From a virus (Duplodnaviria; Caudoviricetes), in the IMG/VR virus record IMGVR_UViG_3300025280_000031, positions 2,003 through 66,002 of that record: 64,000 bases of DNA; one strand, given 5' to 3'. The notes beneath the pieces are model-generated. The model did not search any database, was not told the DNA's origin, and saw only the letters and a list, made by a program, of their open reading frames with translations. Below, piece after piece: positions 1 to 9,424 of this stretch; position 1 is the stretch's first letter, and each line of letters opens with the position of its first letter. The position numbers and the translations under genes were made by a program.

Positions 1-74
1 AAAGGATCGATTGAGGCCAGTTTCATAAAGCGGCGAATTGTGTTCTCATTAAGAAGTGGTTTTTTGTTGCTCAT
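1..74 (-). CDS. 5' end of a probable virion/prohead protein (MSNKKPLLNENTIRRFMKLASIDP..., runs off the window)
   Basis: ATG at 74 with AGGAG Shine-Dalgarno and an upstream ACTATTTA motif; the frame is open to the window edge. Confidence 0.7.
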   Translation of the reverse strand, partial: MSNKKPLLNENTIRRFMKLASIDP

Positions 75-113
75 TGGTGTTCTCCTATAACGTTATAAGC
101 TATTATTTCATAG

Positions 114-121
114 TAAATAGT
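114..121 (-). promoter_or_regulatory. putative late-promoter motif ACTATTTA
   Basis: the same motif recurs upstream of many virion genes. Confidence 0.55.
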
Positions 122-151
122 ACGTTGATAAACAAAAAGTTCATTTAATAT

Positions 152-388
152 TTAAATAATTTCTAATTCTTTTAACTGTAATTTTGATAACGCTCGGTCT
201 TGAATTTGTTTCACTCTTACAAAGCTTATGTTTAATCTTTCTGCAACTTCTCGCAGAGTCATTGAGCCATTTTTTTCAACTGCAATTAATACACAATTTA
301 AATCATCTTTATGGTCAATCCAATGTTTGCAGTCTTTAATTGGGCAGTTGGTATTATTGACAACGCAACTGTTGCAACAACTTCTCAT
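152..388 (-). CDS. small sigma70 region-4-like HTH protein with Cys-rich N-terminus
   Basis: MTLREVAERLNISFVRVKQIQDRALSKL matches the sigma r4 HTH pattern. Confidence 0.75.
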   Translation of the reverse strand: MRSCCNSCVVNNTNCPIKDCKHWIDHKDDLNCVLIAVEKNGSMTLREVAERLNISFVRVKQIQDRALSKLQLKELEII

Positions 389-717
389 ATTTCTAAATGC
401 TCCTCTTCTATCAAATCAAATATATTCTCTAATTCATTAGGGTTTAAAGAAAATTGTTTTTCAAGCTCGCGCGCTTTTTCAATCAACTGCTTTGATTTTT
501 TTCTGTTTACTTTACTTTGATTCCCTTTTTGTTCTTTATATCCATCAATAATTTTCATCATATTTTCGTCCTTGTTGATATATTTTCTCATCATCAATCT
601 GAAGAATTCATTTTGCCGCATCCCATCATAATGTAGCCTAATTTTCAAATCAGCATGTTTTTTATCAAAATCTTCAAAACAAACTTGCTTCTCAGCTTTT
701 CTAAATTTGTGAAACAT
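385..717 (-). CDS. hypothetical protein
   Basis: 110-aa ORF translationally coupled to its neighbours. Confidence 0.7.
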   Translation of the reverse strand: MFHKFRKAEKQVCFEDFDKKHADLKIRLHYDGMRQNEFFRLMMRKYINKDENMMKIIDGYKEQKGNQSKVNRKKSKQLIEKARELEKQFSLNPNELENIFDLIEEEHLEI

Positions 718-1718
718 TATCGCCTCAAAATATGAGTTGAACTCTCATACTGGCCAGCAGCTGTTTGAAGGAGAAATGTTGCGCTTGATTGAAACTCTTC
801 TAAAGTACGAGCGCCGGTATAAGAAAACCCGCTCCTGACGTTACCTCCAATATCCCGTAGGATATCAGCCGCCGAGCCTTTGTATGGAATTGTAGTTGAT
901 ATTCCTTCAGGAGAAGATGACTGTCCTCTCCAATCCATCTGCGCAGACCTTGAAGCCATGCCCCTGTAAACTTTATATTTTTTATTTCCACTTGTAAATA
1001 TTTCTCCTGGTGATTCATCAGTGCCCGCTAACATTGATCCAAGCATAACAAAATCTGCTCCTGCCGCTAACGCTTTTACAATATCTCCGCTATTTTTAAT
1101 TCCGCCATCAGCAATTAATTTTGCATCTCTATTTGAATATGAACAATCACGTATCGATTGAAAAGTTGGGATACCGTGACCAGTATTGATTCTTGTGCTG
1201 CAAATTGAACCGCCGCCAATTCCAACTCTTATGCTGTCTGCCCCCCAATCTGCCAAATCATTAAAGGCATCAAGAGTCGCGACGTTGCCAGCCATCAAAT
1301 GAATTTCATTACCAAATACACCTCTCAACGTCTTAAGCGCATTTTTGGTTAACACATGATGTCCGTGAGCAACGTCCAAACAAAGTATGCGCACACCAGC
1401 ATCCCACAAGGCACAAGCACGGGATTCATAATCACCCGTAACTCCAATGGCTGCTGCTATGTTAGCTTTCCTCTTCTTAGCGAGGACAACCTGTTCTTCA
1501 ATTGTATTGTACCTATGAATTACACCCAATCCTCCTTCATCGTACATAGTCCACGACATTTCATCTTCGGTAACTGTGTCCATTGGACTTGATATAACTG
1601 GTAAATCTAAATACGTCTTATCATCTAAAAAATTTCCAATATCAACTTCATTTCTACTTTTAATCTCTGAGTATTTTGGCTCCAATAAAACATCATCAAA
1701 ACTAAGACTGTTCTGCAT
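717..1718 (-). CDS. guaB: IMP dehydrogenase/GMP reductase family enzyme without CBS domains
   Basis: [33 protein letters not shown] (catalytic Cys), IADGGI, YRGMAS. Confidence 0.9.
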   Translation of the reverse strand: MQNSLSFDDVLLEPKYSEIKSRNEVDIGNFLDDKTYLDLPVISSPMDTVTEDEMSWTMYDEGGLGVIHRYNTIEEQVVLAKKRKANIAAAIGVTGDYESRACALWDAGVRILCLDVAHGHHVLTKNALKTLRGVFGNEIHLMAGNVATLDAFNDLADWGADSIRVGIGGGSICSTRINTGHGIPTFQSIRDCSYSNRDAKLIADGGIKNSGDIVKALAAGADFVMLGSMLAGTDESPGEIFTSGNKKYKVYRGMASRSAQMDWRGQSSSPEGISTTIPYKGSAADILRDIGGNVRSGFSYTGARTLEEFQSSATFLLQTAAGQYESSTHILRR

Positions 1719-1986
1719 TTATTTCCTCTTTCAATTTGTTTACTAAATCTGTTGCTTTTGCCCAACATTTGGGACAATAAAGATTAACTTTGTTTTGTTC
1801 TTTTCTTACAATAACATACCATGATTGTACCATATCTTTATTTTGTTTGTCAAATGGTTTTTCACAGACAAGACAAAAATCTTCAAGCTGCGAAAACATA
1901 CTGATTTTTTCTTTTAATTCTGCTTCTGCATGTTTCTTTTTTGCTTTTTTAATTCTTCTTTGTATTTTTTTTGCTGCTTTTGTCAT
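1702..1986 (-). CDS. hypothetical Zn-binding protein
   Basis: CLVC...CPKC; start reassigned to MTKAAKK (ATGA overlap with the upstream stop). Confidence 0.65.
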   Translation of the reverse strand: MTKAAKKIQRRIKKAKKKHAEAELKEKISMFSQLEDFCLVCEKPFDKQNKDMVQSWYVIVRKEQNKVNLYCPKCWAKATDLVNKLKEEINAEQS

Positions 1987-2489
1987 TTTATCTCTAATGT
2001 GGATATGCCAACAATTCCGGTAGCTCCGCCGCAACCATAAGTATTCTTAAAAATTACAACTGCGGAGGGGAACGGCGCAGAAGAAGAAACATCGGCACTG
2101 AACTTATTTTCAAATTTTAATCGGCCTTTTATAAAGTGTATCTTCCACGCCTTCATACAATACTCATGCCAATATTTTGTATCTGTTCTCGATGGAATTA
2201 AGCACACAACTACTGTATTTGGCTTTTGTCCTTCCTCGTAAGCCTTCTTGACCCATTTTTTAATGTCTCGACCATACGGAGGGTTCATAAAAACCCTTTC
2301 GCCTTCCCAACTTTTACTGAGGCCGTCATCCTTTTTAGTAAAATATTTTTCGCATTTGGCACTTTCTGTGGTTGAACACGGATCAAGAGTAAATCTGTAA
2401 TCAAGATTTAAATAATCATATAAGTCTTGTGGTGTTTCCCATTCTGCAGATTTAGAAGAAAACATTGTTTGTTGTGTTTCTTTATTCAT
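1983..2489 (-). CDS. phage DNA N6-adenine methyltransferase (phage Dam family)
   Basis: WETPQ, FTLDPC, FMNPPYG, PSRTDT, GRLKF, APFPS. Confidence 0.9.
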   Translation of the reverse strand: MNKETQQTMFSSKSAEWETPQDLYDYLNLDYRFTLDPCSTTESAKCEKYFTKKDDGLSKSWEGERVFMNPPYGRDIKKWVKKAYEEGQKPNTVVVCLIPSRTDTKYWHEYCMKAWKIHFIKGRLKFENKFSADVSSSAPFPSAVVIFKNTYGCGGATGIVGISTLEIK

Positions 2490-2965
2490 ATTAATCCCGT
2501 GCTTCCAAATCCTCCATCAGAACGATCAGTGTCTAAGTCTGATGGGTCATAATTAATTTCACCGGGTTCGCATACAACAATCGGAACCAACACAGCTTGT
2601 GCAATTTTTTGTCCCGGTTGAATGGTCCTTGTTGACCCTCCAATATTATGAAGATTAACAAAAACTTCGCCAGTGTAGCCCGGATCAACAACGCATGCGC
2701 CAACAATTAATTTTTGCTTGTGAGCAATACCAGATTTATTTTTTATTTCTAGCATGTGGTTTTCCGGAACCACAACTTTTAGCCCTGTTGGAACCAAACA
2801 AGATTCTCCTGGCGGAATTCTGTACTCTCCTTCCGGCTGCCAATAACAGTCGGGCTCTTTAGAAGGATCTGGACAATAGAACAAATCTATCCCGGCATCA
2901 AGTGAATGAACCCTTATCGGTAATTTTGCTTTCGATCTAATTTTGTAAAATTTAAGTTCCATCAT
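2486..2965 (-). CDS. dut: trimeric dUTPase
   Basis: DAGIDL, VPTG, KSG, VVDPGYTGE, KIAQ, RSDGGFGSTG. Confidence 0.93.
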   Translation of the reverse strand: MMELKFYKIRSKAKLPIRVHSLDAGIDLFYCPDPSKEPDCYWQPEGEYRIPPGESCLVPTGLKVVVPENHMLEIKNKSGIAHKQKLIVGACVVDPGYTGEVFVNLHNIGGSTRTIQPGQKIAQAVLVPIVVCEPGEINYDPSDLDTDRSDGGFGSTGLI

Positions 2966-2971
2966 AACTCC

Positions 2972-3000
2972 TTTATATCATTAAATTTTTTATATGTCAA
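2972..3000 (-). promoter_or_regulatory. sigma70-type promoter TTGACA-17-TATAAA with extended -10 TG
   Basis: read directly upstream of dut. Confidence 0.75.
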
Positions 3001-3004
3001 GTCA

Positions 3005-3598
3005 TTATTTTATTTCGTTAAGGAGGACGTGTTCTTCGCCCCATAGTTTTATTGCTTTTTTATTATAAGCAAGGCCGGCGTCTTCTTCAACGGTAAAGAA
3101 ACCCAAGTGAAAGGTCTTATCGACATGTCGGATCTGGGACCCCCATTTCTTGAGTCTCTTACACCAATAAACCCCTTTGTATTTAGAAGAGGAGTTCTTA
3201 TTGGATCGCCTATTGTGCATATTCTGTGATCGAGTTACTTCTCTTAGATTTTCTTTTTTATTGTCCAGTCCATTATGATTTATATGGTCAATAACCATTC
3301 CATTTTGGGGCTTGCCCATTATAACATGATGAAGGTAAAGTGAGGTCCTTCGTCTTTCTCTCTTTTCTTTTCCTTTGTAGGTACGATAATACCACCCTCC
3401 GTTTGGATGGTAAATCCCGGTATAAGCATAAGGGTAGGATTTATTAGCATCGCCAAAGAGTATCCAATTATAATCCTTAACCTTATCCCAGTCTTCTGTA
3501 TCTATAATGATTGTCCATTTTCCTGGAAATTTTTTGTTTTTACTTTTTATAAAGATGTGAGTTGTTCCGTCTTCATTGTGTATAAATTTATTTTTCAT
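3005..3598 (-). CDS. HNH-AP2 homing endonuclease
   Basis: IDHINHNGLDNKKENLR (HNH) followed by SSKYKGV...W...HLGFF...AYN (AP2). Confidence 0.9.
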   Translation of the reverse strand: MKNKFIHNEDGTTHIFIKSKNKKFPGKWTIIIDTEDWDKVKDYNWILFGDANKSYPYAYTGIYHPNGGWYYRTYKGKEKRERRRTSLYLHHVIMGKPQNGMVIDHINHNGLDNKKENLREVTRSQNMHNRRSNKNSSSKYKGVYWCKRLKKWGSQIRHVDKTFHLGFFTVEEDAGLAYNKKAIKLWGEEHVLLNEIK

Positions 3599-3604
3599 AG
3601 CCCT

Positions 3605-3633
3605 ATACTAACAAAGATTTAGTTAAATGTCAA
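3605..3633 (-). promoter_or_regulatory. sigma70-type promoter TTGACA-17-TAGTAT
   Basis: intergenic, directly upstream of the HNH gene. Confidence 0.7.
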
Positions 3634-3638
3634 ACATT

Positions 3639-6600
3639 TTATCCTAATAATTTCCAATTATGTCTTATTGATCTCGAAGAAAACCCCCACTGTTCATCAT
3701 AATCAATTTTACACATGTAGGGACGATTAATGTGAATCATGTCTCTTTCTTTAACTCCCCAACACCTAATTGAAGTTTGGTTACTTGTTGAGTCAATTAC
3801 GTTTACAATCCAATATTCTTTTCCATTCTTTGTCCTTCTACGAACAATTTCACGAGGGATAAACCAAACAATCTGAAGATCCGGATCATACTCAGCGATT
3901 GGGGGAACGAAGTGTTCTTCAAGTCTTCTGCGAACATGTTCATTCAACACAAGATCAATTGGAAACACTCCTGTCAAATCAGCCTTGTTGGCTATCTTTT
4001 CCTGAGCCGTAAAATCTCCTTCCGGCTCGTAGAGTTCAATGTTTTCATTTAGCTGTTTTTCTTTTTTTGGCCGATCAACAACGGCGGCAGACCAAAAATG
4101 CTTCATTCCAGAAAATCTATCATCAATTAGATTATCCACTGCACCACTGCGAACAAGAACATCCAATGCCTTCTTATTCAATTTTCCATAAATAACATCC
4201 GGATTAAATAATAATTCCTCAACGGTGTTAAATGGGCGGTGTTGAATAATTTGCTCAATTGCTTTGGCACCCAAACCTTTAATCGAAGTTAAAGGCTGAA
4301 TAAGAGTTTTGCCGTCTTCAGAGATCTCCCAAACTATCCCTGACGAATTAATATTCAGAGGTTGAATATTAAATCCCATTGATTTAGCAATGTTAATTGC
4401 TTTTTCTTTTCTGCTCTCGGGCTCTTTATCAAGAAAAGCCGCTGTCCATTCAACAGAATAGTAGTTAAGCAGCCACGCACATTGATAACTCAAGATGCTA
4501 TAGCTAACTGCATGAGATTTATTAAAGCCATACCCAGAAAAGTATTCAAAATTCTGCCAAAGTTGTTCTGTTTGCCCGTAAGACAATCCTTTTTCTATAC
4601 AGCCATCAACAAACTTGTTATAAATCTTTTCCTTCTTTTTTGTCTCATCTCCAGTTCCTTTCTTCGTTAGATATTTTCGTAAAGCATTACCCTCGTCAAG
4701 AGAAATGTTTTTACCAAGCTTGTGAGCTAGTAAAGCAATTTGCTCCTGGAAAATTAAGAAACCATAAGTTTCTTTTGTAACATCTCTTACAAGTTTGTGG
4801 ATATAATTAACGCCATTAGGATCTTTTTTTGCTGCAATATAAGACTTATCAACATCCGCTCCAAGTGGGCCCGGGCGATAAATTGATGTGACAGCTGAAA
4901 TATCAATCAAACTCTTTGGCTTTGCTTTTTTACAAAAATCTTGCGCTCCCTGTTCTGTAAATTGAAAGATGCCAGTCCATTTGCCCTTTTGGAAGATATT
5001 TTTGTATACATTTTGATCATTGAAATTAATAACATCCGGATGGAGCTTTTCATTATAAAAGTTCTTCACATCTTCGAATGTTGGCTCTTCAACATTGTAG
5101 TGCCTTTTAAGAATGTGTCGAACTGCTCCTTCAATCATTCTCAAGGATGCCAATCCAAGAATATCAAATTTAATAAAGCCAAGAGGTTCAAGATGTCTAA
5201 CATTTTGACCCTCCGACCACGGAGTTTGTCTTACACCTCCACTGTTCACGAGGGGCATCCATTTGTCCAAATCTTCACCAACCACAATGCCGCCGGCATG
5301 TCTTGACACGCTTCTAACTTGCCCAAGCAAAGCATCGATGTGAGTTTTAACTTGGGGATATTTATCAAGAAACTTTTTCAGAGTTTCTGAATATTCCATT
5401 ACTTCATCAAAAGTTGGCGCGTAAACACCTGATTTAATTCCATGTTTCTTTTTAGCAATTGGAGTTGCCTCAAAAATCATTTTGCCAGTCACATTATTGA
5501 CCTCTACAAATGGAATATCATAAAACTTTGAAACATCTTTAACCAGAGAACGAAGCTGAAGTGTATTGTAATTTGAAATTGGAGCAACTGTGTTGTCTCC
5601 CCATTCTTCAATTAGCATTTCCTTTAGTTCCATAGGATCTGCAACATCATAATCGATATCAGGATAGTCAACGGCGTCGCGTCTCAAAAACCTTGAAAAA
5701 AGAAGCTCGTGTCTGATGGGGTCAACTTGAGTGATATCCAGAACATAAGCAACAAGTGATCCGGCAGCAGATCCTCTGCCGGGGCCGGTGAGTTGCACTG
5801 AACTTGCTTTATCAGCAATTGCTTTCATTGTTAAAAAATATTTAGCAAAGCCGCGATCTCTAATGACAAACAGTTCTTCTTTGAGGCGGTCTACATACTC
5901 TTGTTTATCGTTGAGAACTTTTTCTTTAAGACCCTCCAAACAATCTTGTGTCAGCGCTTGAATATCTGTTTTCCCAGCCGGAACAACAAAACTCGGAAGT
6001 CTGACGTCATTATCCGGCATAAAATCTTCAATCAAATCATAAGCAATATACTCTGTTCTTTTAATCGAGTCTAAAACAAGATCGTCATCGTAATCAAATC
6101 CTGTTTCTTTAGAATATTTGTGGTAAGACTCCCACATTTGTTCACCATTTTTTGGATATAACTCATATCCAATTTCTTCAACTCCAGAAGGAAGTTCAGC
6201 AGGCATATAGTCTGGTAAGCCTCCTTTTCCCAACCATCCGATCCGCTTATATAATTCCCTGTCCTTCCATGCGTCCGGATTAGGATAATGGCTGTCAGCA
6301 GTTGAGATAAGCTTTACGTCATATTCACGACAAACTTGAACAATGTATTGATTAAGCTCGTGCTGCTCCGGAATACTGTTCCATTGAAGTTCTCCGTACC
6401 ACTTATCTCCAAATATGCCTTTCATGCGCTCCGTTGTTTGACGCATTGCATTTAGAACAGCAGCATTGCCAAAATCTTTATGATCCCAATAATCACCAGC
6501 GTAAACACCACCAAGACAAGCACTAGTGGCAATAACTCCATCACTATATAAATCAAGAAGCTCATAATCAATTCGAGGGTAGCGATAAAAGTTTTCATCC

Positions 6601-7046
6601 TTGTAGCTCTCCGATATGAGCTTAAATATGTTGTTCAAACCGGTTTGGTTCCGTGCTAGTAAAATAAGATGATTTCTTTTTTTTAGAATATCGACAACTT
6701 TTTGCTTCGAAGCTCTTTCATCCTCGATAGAAAGCTCTATTTCATTTTTGATTCCCTTCTTCTTTTCCTGCTTTGCTTTTTCATACTGTTCTCGCCATTG
6801 ATCCAAAGAAGGGTTGAAGTAAGCTTCGACCCCAAAAATTGGCTTAAATTTCTTGCCGGCAGCCTGCATTTTCTTTGCGTGAAGCAATTGATAAGGCAAT
6901 CCGTTCATGTGACCGTGATCGGTCAATGCAAGGGCATTTCCGTCGTTCTCATAGGCAAAATTCATATGATCCTGTGGATAGCCTAAACCATCATTCAGGC
7001 TTAAGCCGCTGTGCGCGTGTAGACCAACAAATGGAATTTTAGTCAT
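3639..7046 (-). CDS. dnaE: DNA polymerase III alpha subunit (family C)
   Basis: PHP motifs HAHS/LTDHG/GVE; GPGRGSAAGSLV, PDIDYD, RHAGG, KFDILGL, GYGFNKSHA. Confidence 0.96.
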   Translation of the reverse strand: MTKIPFVGLHAHSGLSLNDGLGYPQDHMNFAYENDGNALALTDHGHMNGLPYQLLHAKKMQAAGKKFKPIFGVEAYFNPSLDQWREQYEKAKQEKKKGIKNEIELSIEDERASKQKVVDILKKRNHLILLARNQTGLNNIFKLISESYKDENFYRYPRIDYELLDLYSDGVIATSACLGGVYAGDYWDHKDFGNAAVLNAMRQTTERMKGIFGDKWYGELQWNSIPEQHELNQYIVQVCREYDVKLISTADSHYPNPDAWKDRELYKRIGWLGKGGLPDYMPAELPSGVEEIGYELYPKNGEQMWESYHKYSKETGFDYDDDLVLDSIKRTEYIAYDLIEDFMPDNDVRLPSFVVPAGKTDIQALTQDCLEGLKEKVLNDKQEYVDRLKEELFVIRDRGFAKYFLTMKAIADKASSVQLTGPGRGSAAGSLVAYVLDITQVDPIRHELLFSRFLRRDAVDYPDIDYDVADPMELKEMLIEEWGDNTVAPISNYNTLQLRSLVKDVSKFYDIPFVEVNNVTGKMIFEATPIAKKKHGIKSGVYAPTFDEVMEYSETLKKFLDKYPQVKTHIDALLGQVRSVSRHAGGIVVGEDLDKWMPLVNSGGVRQTPWSEGQNVRHLEPLGFIKFDILGLASLRMIEGAVRHILKRHYNVEEPTFEDVKNFYNEKLHPDVINFNDQNVYKNIFQKGKWTGIFQFTEQGAQDFCKKAKPKSLIDISAVTSIYRPGPLGADVDKSYIAAKKDPNGVNYIHKLVRDVTKETYGFLIFQEQIALLAHKLGKNISLDEGNALRKYLTKKGTGDETKKKEKIYNKFVDGCIEKGLSYGQTEQLWQNFEYFSGYGFNKSHAVSYSILSYQCAWLLNYYSVEWTAAFLDKEPESRKEKAINIAKSMGFNIQPLNINSSGIVWEISEDGKTLIQPLTSIKGLGAKAIEQIIQHRPFNTVEELLFNPDVIYGKLNKKALDVLVRSGAVDNLIDDRFSGMKHFWSAAVVDRPKKEKQLNENIELYEPEGDFTAQEKIANKADLTGVFPIDLVLNEHVRRRLEEHFVPPIAEYDPDLQIVWFIPREIVRRRTKNGKEYWIVNVIDSTSNQTSIRCWGVKERDMIHINRPYMCKIDYDEQWGFSSRSIRHNWKLLG

Positions 7047-7059
7047 TAATGGGGGCCTC

Positions 7060-7329
7060 CTATTCCATACTCATGAGACTAGAAGGATCATCGTGTACTA
7101 CAGTCTCTACATCATATTTAGTTTCAATCCAACATCTCGCACCACAAGATAATGGTTTATGAGCGCTATATACGATCTTTGCAACCTCATTGCCATTTTC
7201 ATCACGAATTATAGCTTCGTGCGCGTATCTGTTGTCCTTGTATGTTTTGACAGTCAAACACGGTTTACTTTCGCCTGTTTTCGTGTTCTTGCGAATGATG
7301 TGTTGATTGACATGAATGATAGTTTTCAT
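7060..7329 (-). CDS. hypothetical phage protein
   Basis: 89-aa ORF with its own promoter and GAGG SD. Confidence 0.75.
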   Translation of the reverse strand: MKTIIHVNQHIIRKNTKTGESKPCLTVKTYKDNRYAHEAIIRDENGNEVAKIVYSAHKPLSCGARCWIETKYDVETVVHDDPSSLMSME

Positions 7330-7347
7330 TTTTTTACCTCTGCAGAT

Positions 7348-7376
7348 AATATAACACGATTACCCTGTCATGTCAA
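7348..7376 (-). promoter_or_regulatory. sigma70-type promoter TTGACA-17-TATATT
   Basis: upstream of the ORF7329-dnaE unit. Confidence 0.75.
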
Positions 7377-7386
7377 GAACTTTTTT

Positions 7387-7476
7387 TTATTTACGATATT
7401 TTACTACGTAATAAATTAGACCAGCATTGAGACTCAACCCAATTAAGGCTACAAGAATATATTCATTCATCGTCAT
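7387..7476 (-). CDS. 29-aa single-pass membrane peptide MTMNEYILVALIGLSLNAGLIYYVVKYRK
   Basis: AGGAG SD; hydrophobic core with basic tail; below the ORF-track size cut-off. Confidence 0.6.
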   Translation of the reverse strand: MTMNEYILVALIGLSLNAGLIYYVVKYRK

Positions 7477-7546
7477 TTCTCCTAAAAATTTTTAAATGTG
7501 TAAGTAGCAGCGCGCTACCGTTAGTGTTATAACATGGCCATTCATT

Positions 7547-7615
7547 TTAAAACACCATCAAAGTTATACTAACTAATATCGCAAGATCTGCAATTGTAAT
7601 TCCAACATATTTCAT
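7547..7615 (-). CDS. 22-aa hydrophobic peptide MKYVGITIADLAILVSITLMVF
   Basis: starts 4 nt after the upstream stop; weak SD. Confidence 0.35.
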   Translation of the reverse strand: MKYVGITIADLAILVSITLMVF

Positions 7616-7619
7616 CGTA

Positions 7620-8516
7620 TTATTCATTATCTTCTCCTACAGGATTCCATTCTTTATATTTTAACATTGTTCTTGAAGGTCTTTTAATCCCCTTTCTCAT
7701 TTCCGAGCCCATATACTCGCAATAATCATTCCAATTATCGATCTTAAAATACCAATCGACCTCTACGTTTAAACCACCATCCAAAACCAAAGAACTAAAT
7801 ACTTGCTCGAGTGGAAAATGCCTAGCCGACCATCTTTTTTCTATCGGTAAAAGATTTTTACCAATTCCTTCGCCCGGAACGTATCTGCCTGTACCTTCTT
7901 TTCTTAACTTTGCTCTGCATTTTTTAAAGTCTTCTGCATTAAAAGTAAAGCCTAAATACTCACCATTTTTTACAGTGGAGTCAAGAAAAGATAGAACAAA
8001 CGGCCTGTCACTAGATATTTGTTTTCTGTGAGATCTCAATATTTCTGGTGGGTAAACTCCATATGGGAATGCGACATAATATCTATTCGGGACAACGTAA
8101 GTGCTTATCTTTCTACTCGTGCTATACGCCACTAACGCTCCATATAATATACTCCAGCCAAGACAATCCCTTTTGTCTCGATCCTTCGGATGAATTGGAA
8201 CATAATAAATAGGAATTTGTTTCCTTGTTTCTGATGGTCTTGGATCCATATTTCTTCCAAGCCAAACTGGATCTTCAATCATCTCACCTATTCTGTGACG
8301 AATAAGAGGTTGTATGTCATCATGACATATGATCCAAATCGTTTCACAACCGGCATATGCACATTCAACAACGGCTCTCTCAACAGCAAGATAATCGGGA
8401 GCAATCGCCATACAAGAATCATGCCAGGGAAAATTAAAGTCTAATGGTTGCCCTGCTATTGGAATAATGCCGGCCAAATGAAAAGCATTTTGTATTTTAA
8501 CGGGTTCCTCAATCAC
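7620..8516 (-). CDS. nucleotidyltransferase-fold (sugar-phosphate NTP-transferase-like) protein, degenerate motif
   Basis: N-terminal AGIIPIAG...AVVECAYAGCETIWII resembles the GT-A NTP-transferase start. Confidence 0.55.
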   Translation of the reverse strand: MIEEPVKIQNAFHLAGIIPIAGQPLDFNFPWHDSCMAIAPDYLAVERAVVECAYAGCETIWIICHDDIQPLIRHRIGEMIEDPVWLGRNMDPRPSETRKQIPIYYVPIHPKDRDKRDCLGWSILYGALVAYSTSRKISTYVVPNRYYVAFPYGVYPPEILRSHRKQISSDRPFVLSFLDSTVKNGEYLGFTFNAEDFKKCRAKLRKEGTGRYVPGEGIGKNLLPIEKRWSARHFPLEQVFSSLVLDGGLNVEVDWYFKIDNWNDYCEYMGSEMRKGIKRPSRTMLKYKEWNPVGEDNE

Positions 8517-9424
8517 TTTAATAAATCATACACCTTGTTCAAATACCCATCTTGTGAAGGAGAATCAAAATAAACATTTCTTTCATCTCTGTAATCAAAA
8601 ATAAGTGATCCTTTATCTTCATAAATTGGTTTTTCTAATTTAATAATTTCTCTTTTGTAAGGTTCAACTTTTATTGAATGATATGCATGTTTATTTGGAT
8701 CATCGTGGCGGCGGCCATTTTTAGGCCCCCTAATACCATTCTTCTCCATCAACCCCTTGACCTTAAATTTAACATATGTATCAGAATAATTAAAGCTTTC
8801 AAGTTGTTCTTTATTTAAATAAGAGATAGAAACCAAATCTTTTCTTTCATCATTTTCTCCTCCGCCAGATCTCTGGGAAGGATAAAAGTACACCTCTTTG
8901 ACAAAATCATCTTCAGTTTGAAAATAATCATATTCGTGTTTCATTCCGGCACGAACATTAATCCAATCAACAACTTTGTACTTGTCTTCAAATTTTGATG
9001 GTCCCAAACCATTAACATTTTCGTCGTCAAATATTCTAAGTTTGTTGAATTTAAATTTTATCATTCTAGAATTTTTAGTAACCACTTTTAAAATATCTTC
9101 GTCTTCAACTCTAACAAAAGAAACTAGATCGTGTACTGGTAACAAACCTGAAAGAGATAAAGAAAAAACTAATCTCTCCCAAGTTTCTAATTTGGATGAA
9201 CCGACTAATCTTGTTCCCTTGTTGGTGTTTAGTTCATATTTGTCTAATCCTATTCCATATTTCTGCAAATCAACTTCAGGTTCGAAAAAATCAAAAAACT
9301 TTAGTTTGTGTTCGCCATTAAAAACCAAAATTTTATGATTCAAAAAAGCATAGCTTACAGCTTCCAAACTATTTCCAATGACAAGCTCATCAACGTCGTA
9401 CAGGTGACGACTTAGATCACTCAC
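8513..9424 (-). CDS. hypothetical protein with a possible degenerate Rossmann N-terminus
   Basis: DELVIGNSLEAVSYA resembles a dinucleotide-binding beta-alpha start. Confidence 0.5.
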   Translation of the reverse strand: MSDLSRHLYDVDELVIGNSLEAVSYAFLNHKILVFNGEHKLKFFDFFEPEVDLQKYGIGLDKYELNTNKGTRLVGSSKLETWERLVFSLSLSGLLPVHDLVSFVRVEDEDILKVVTKNSRMIKFKFNKLRIFDDENVNGLGPSKFEDKYKVVDWINVRAGMKHEYDYFQTEDDFVKEVYFYPSQRSGGGENDERKDLVSISYLNKEQLESFNYSDTYVKFKVKGLMEKNGIRGPKNGRRHDDPNKHAYHSIKVEPYKREIIKLEKPIYEDKGSLIFDYRDERNVYFDSPSQDGYLNKVYDLLK

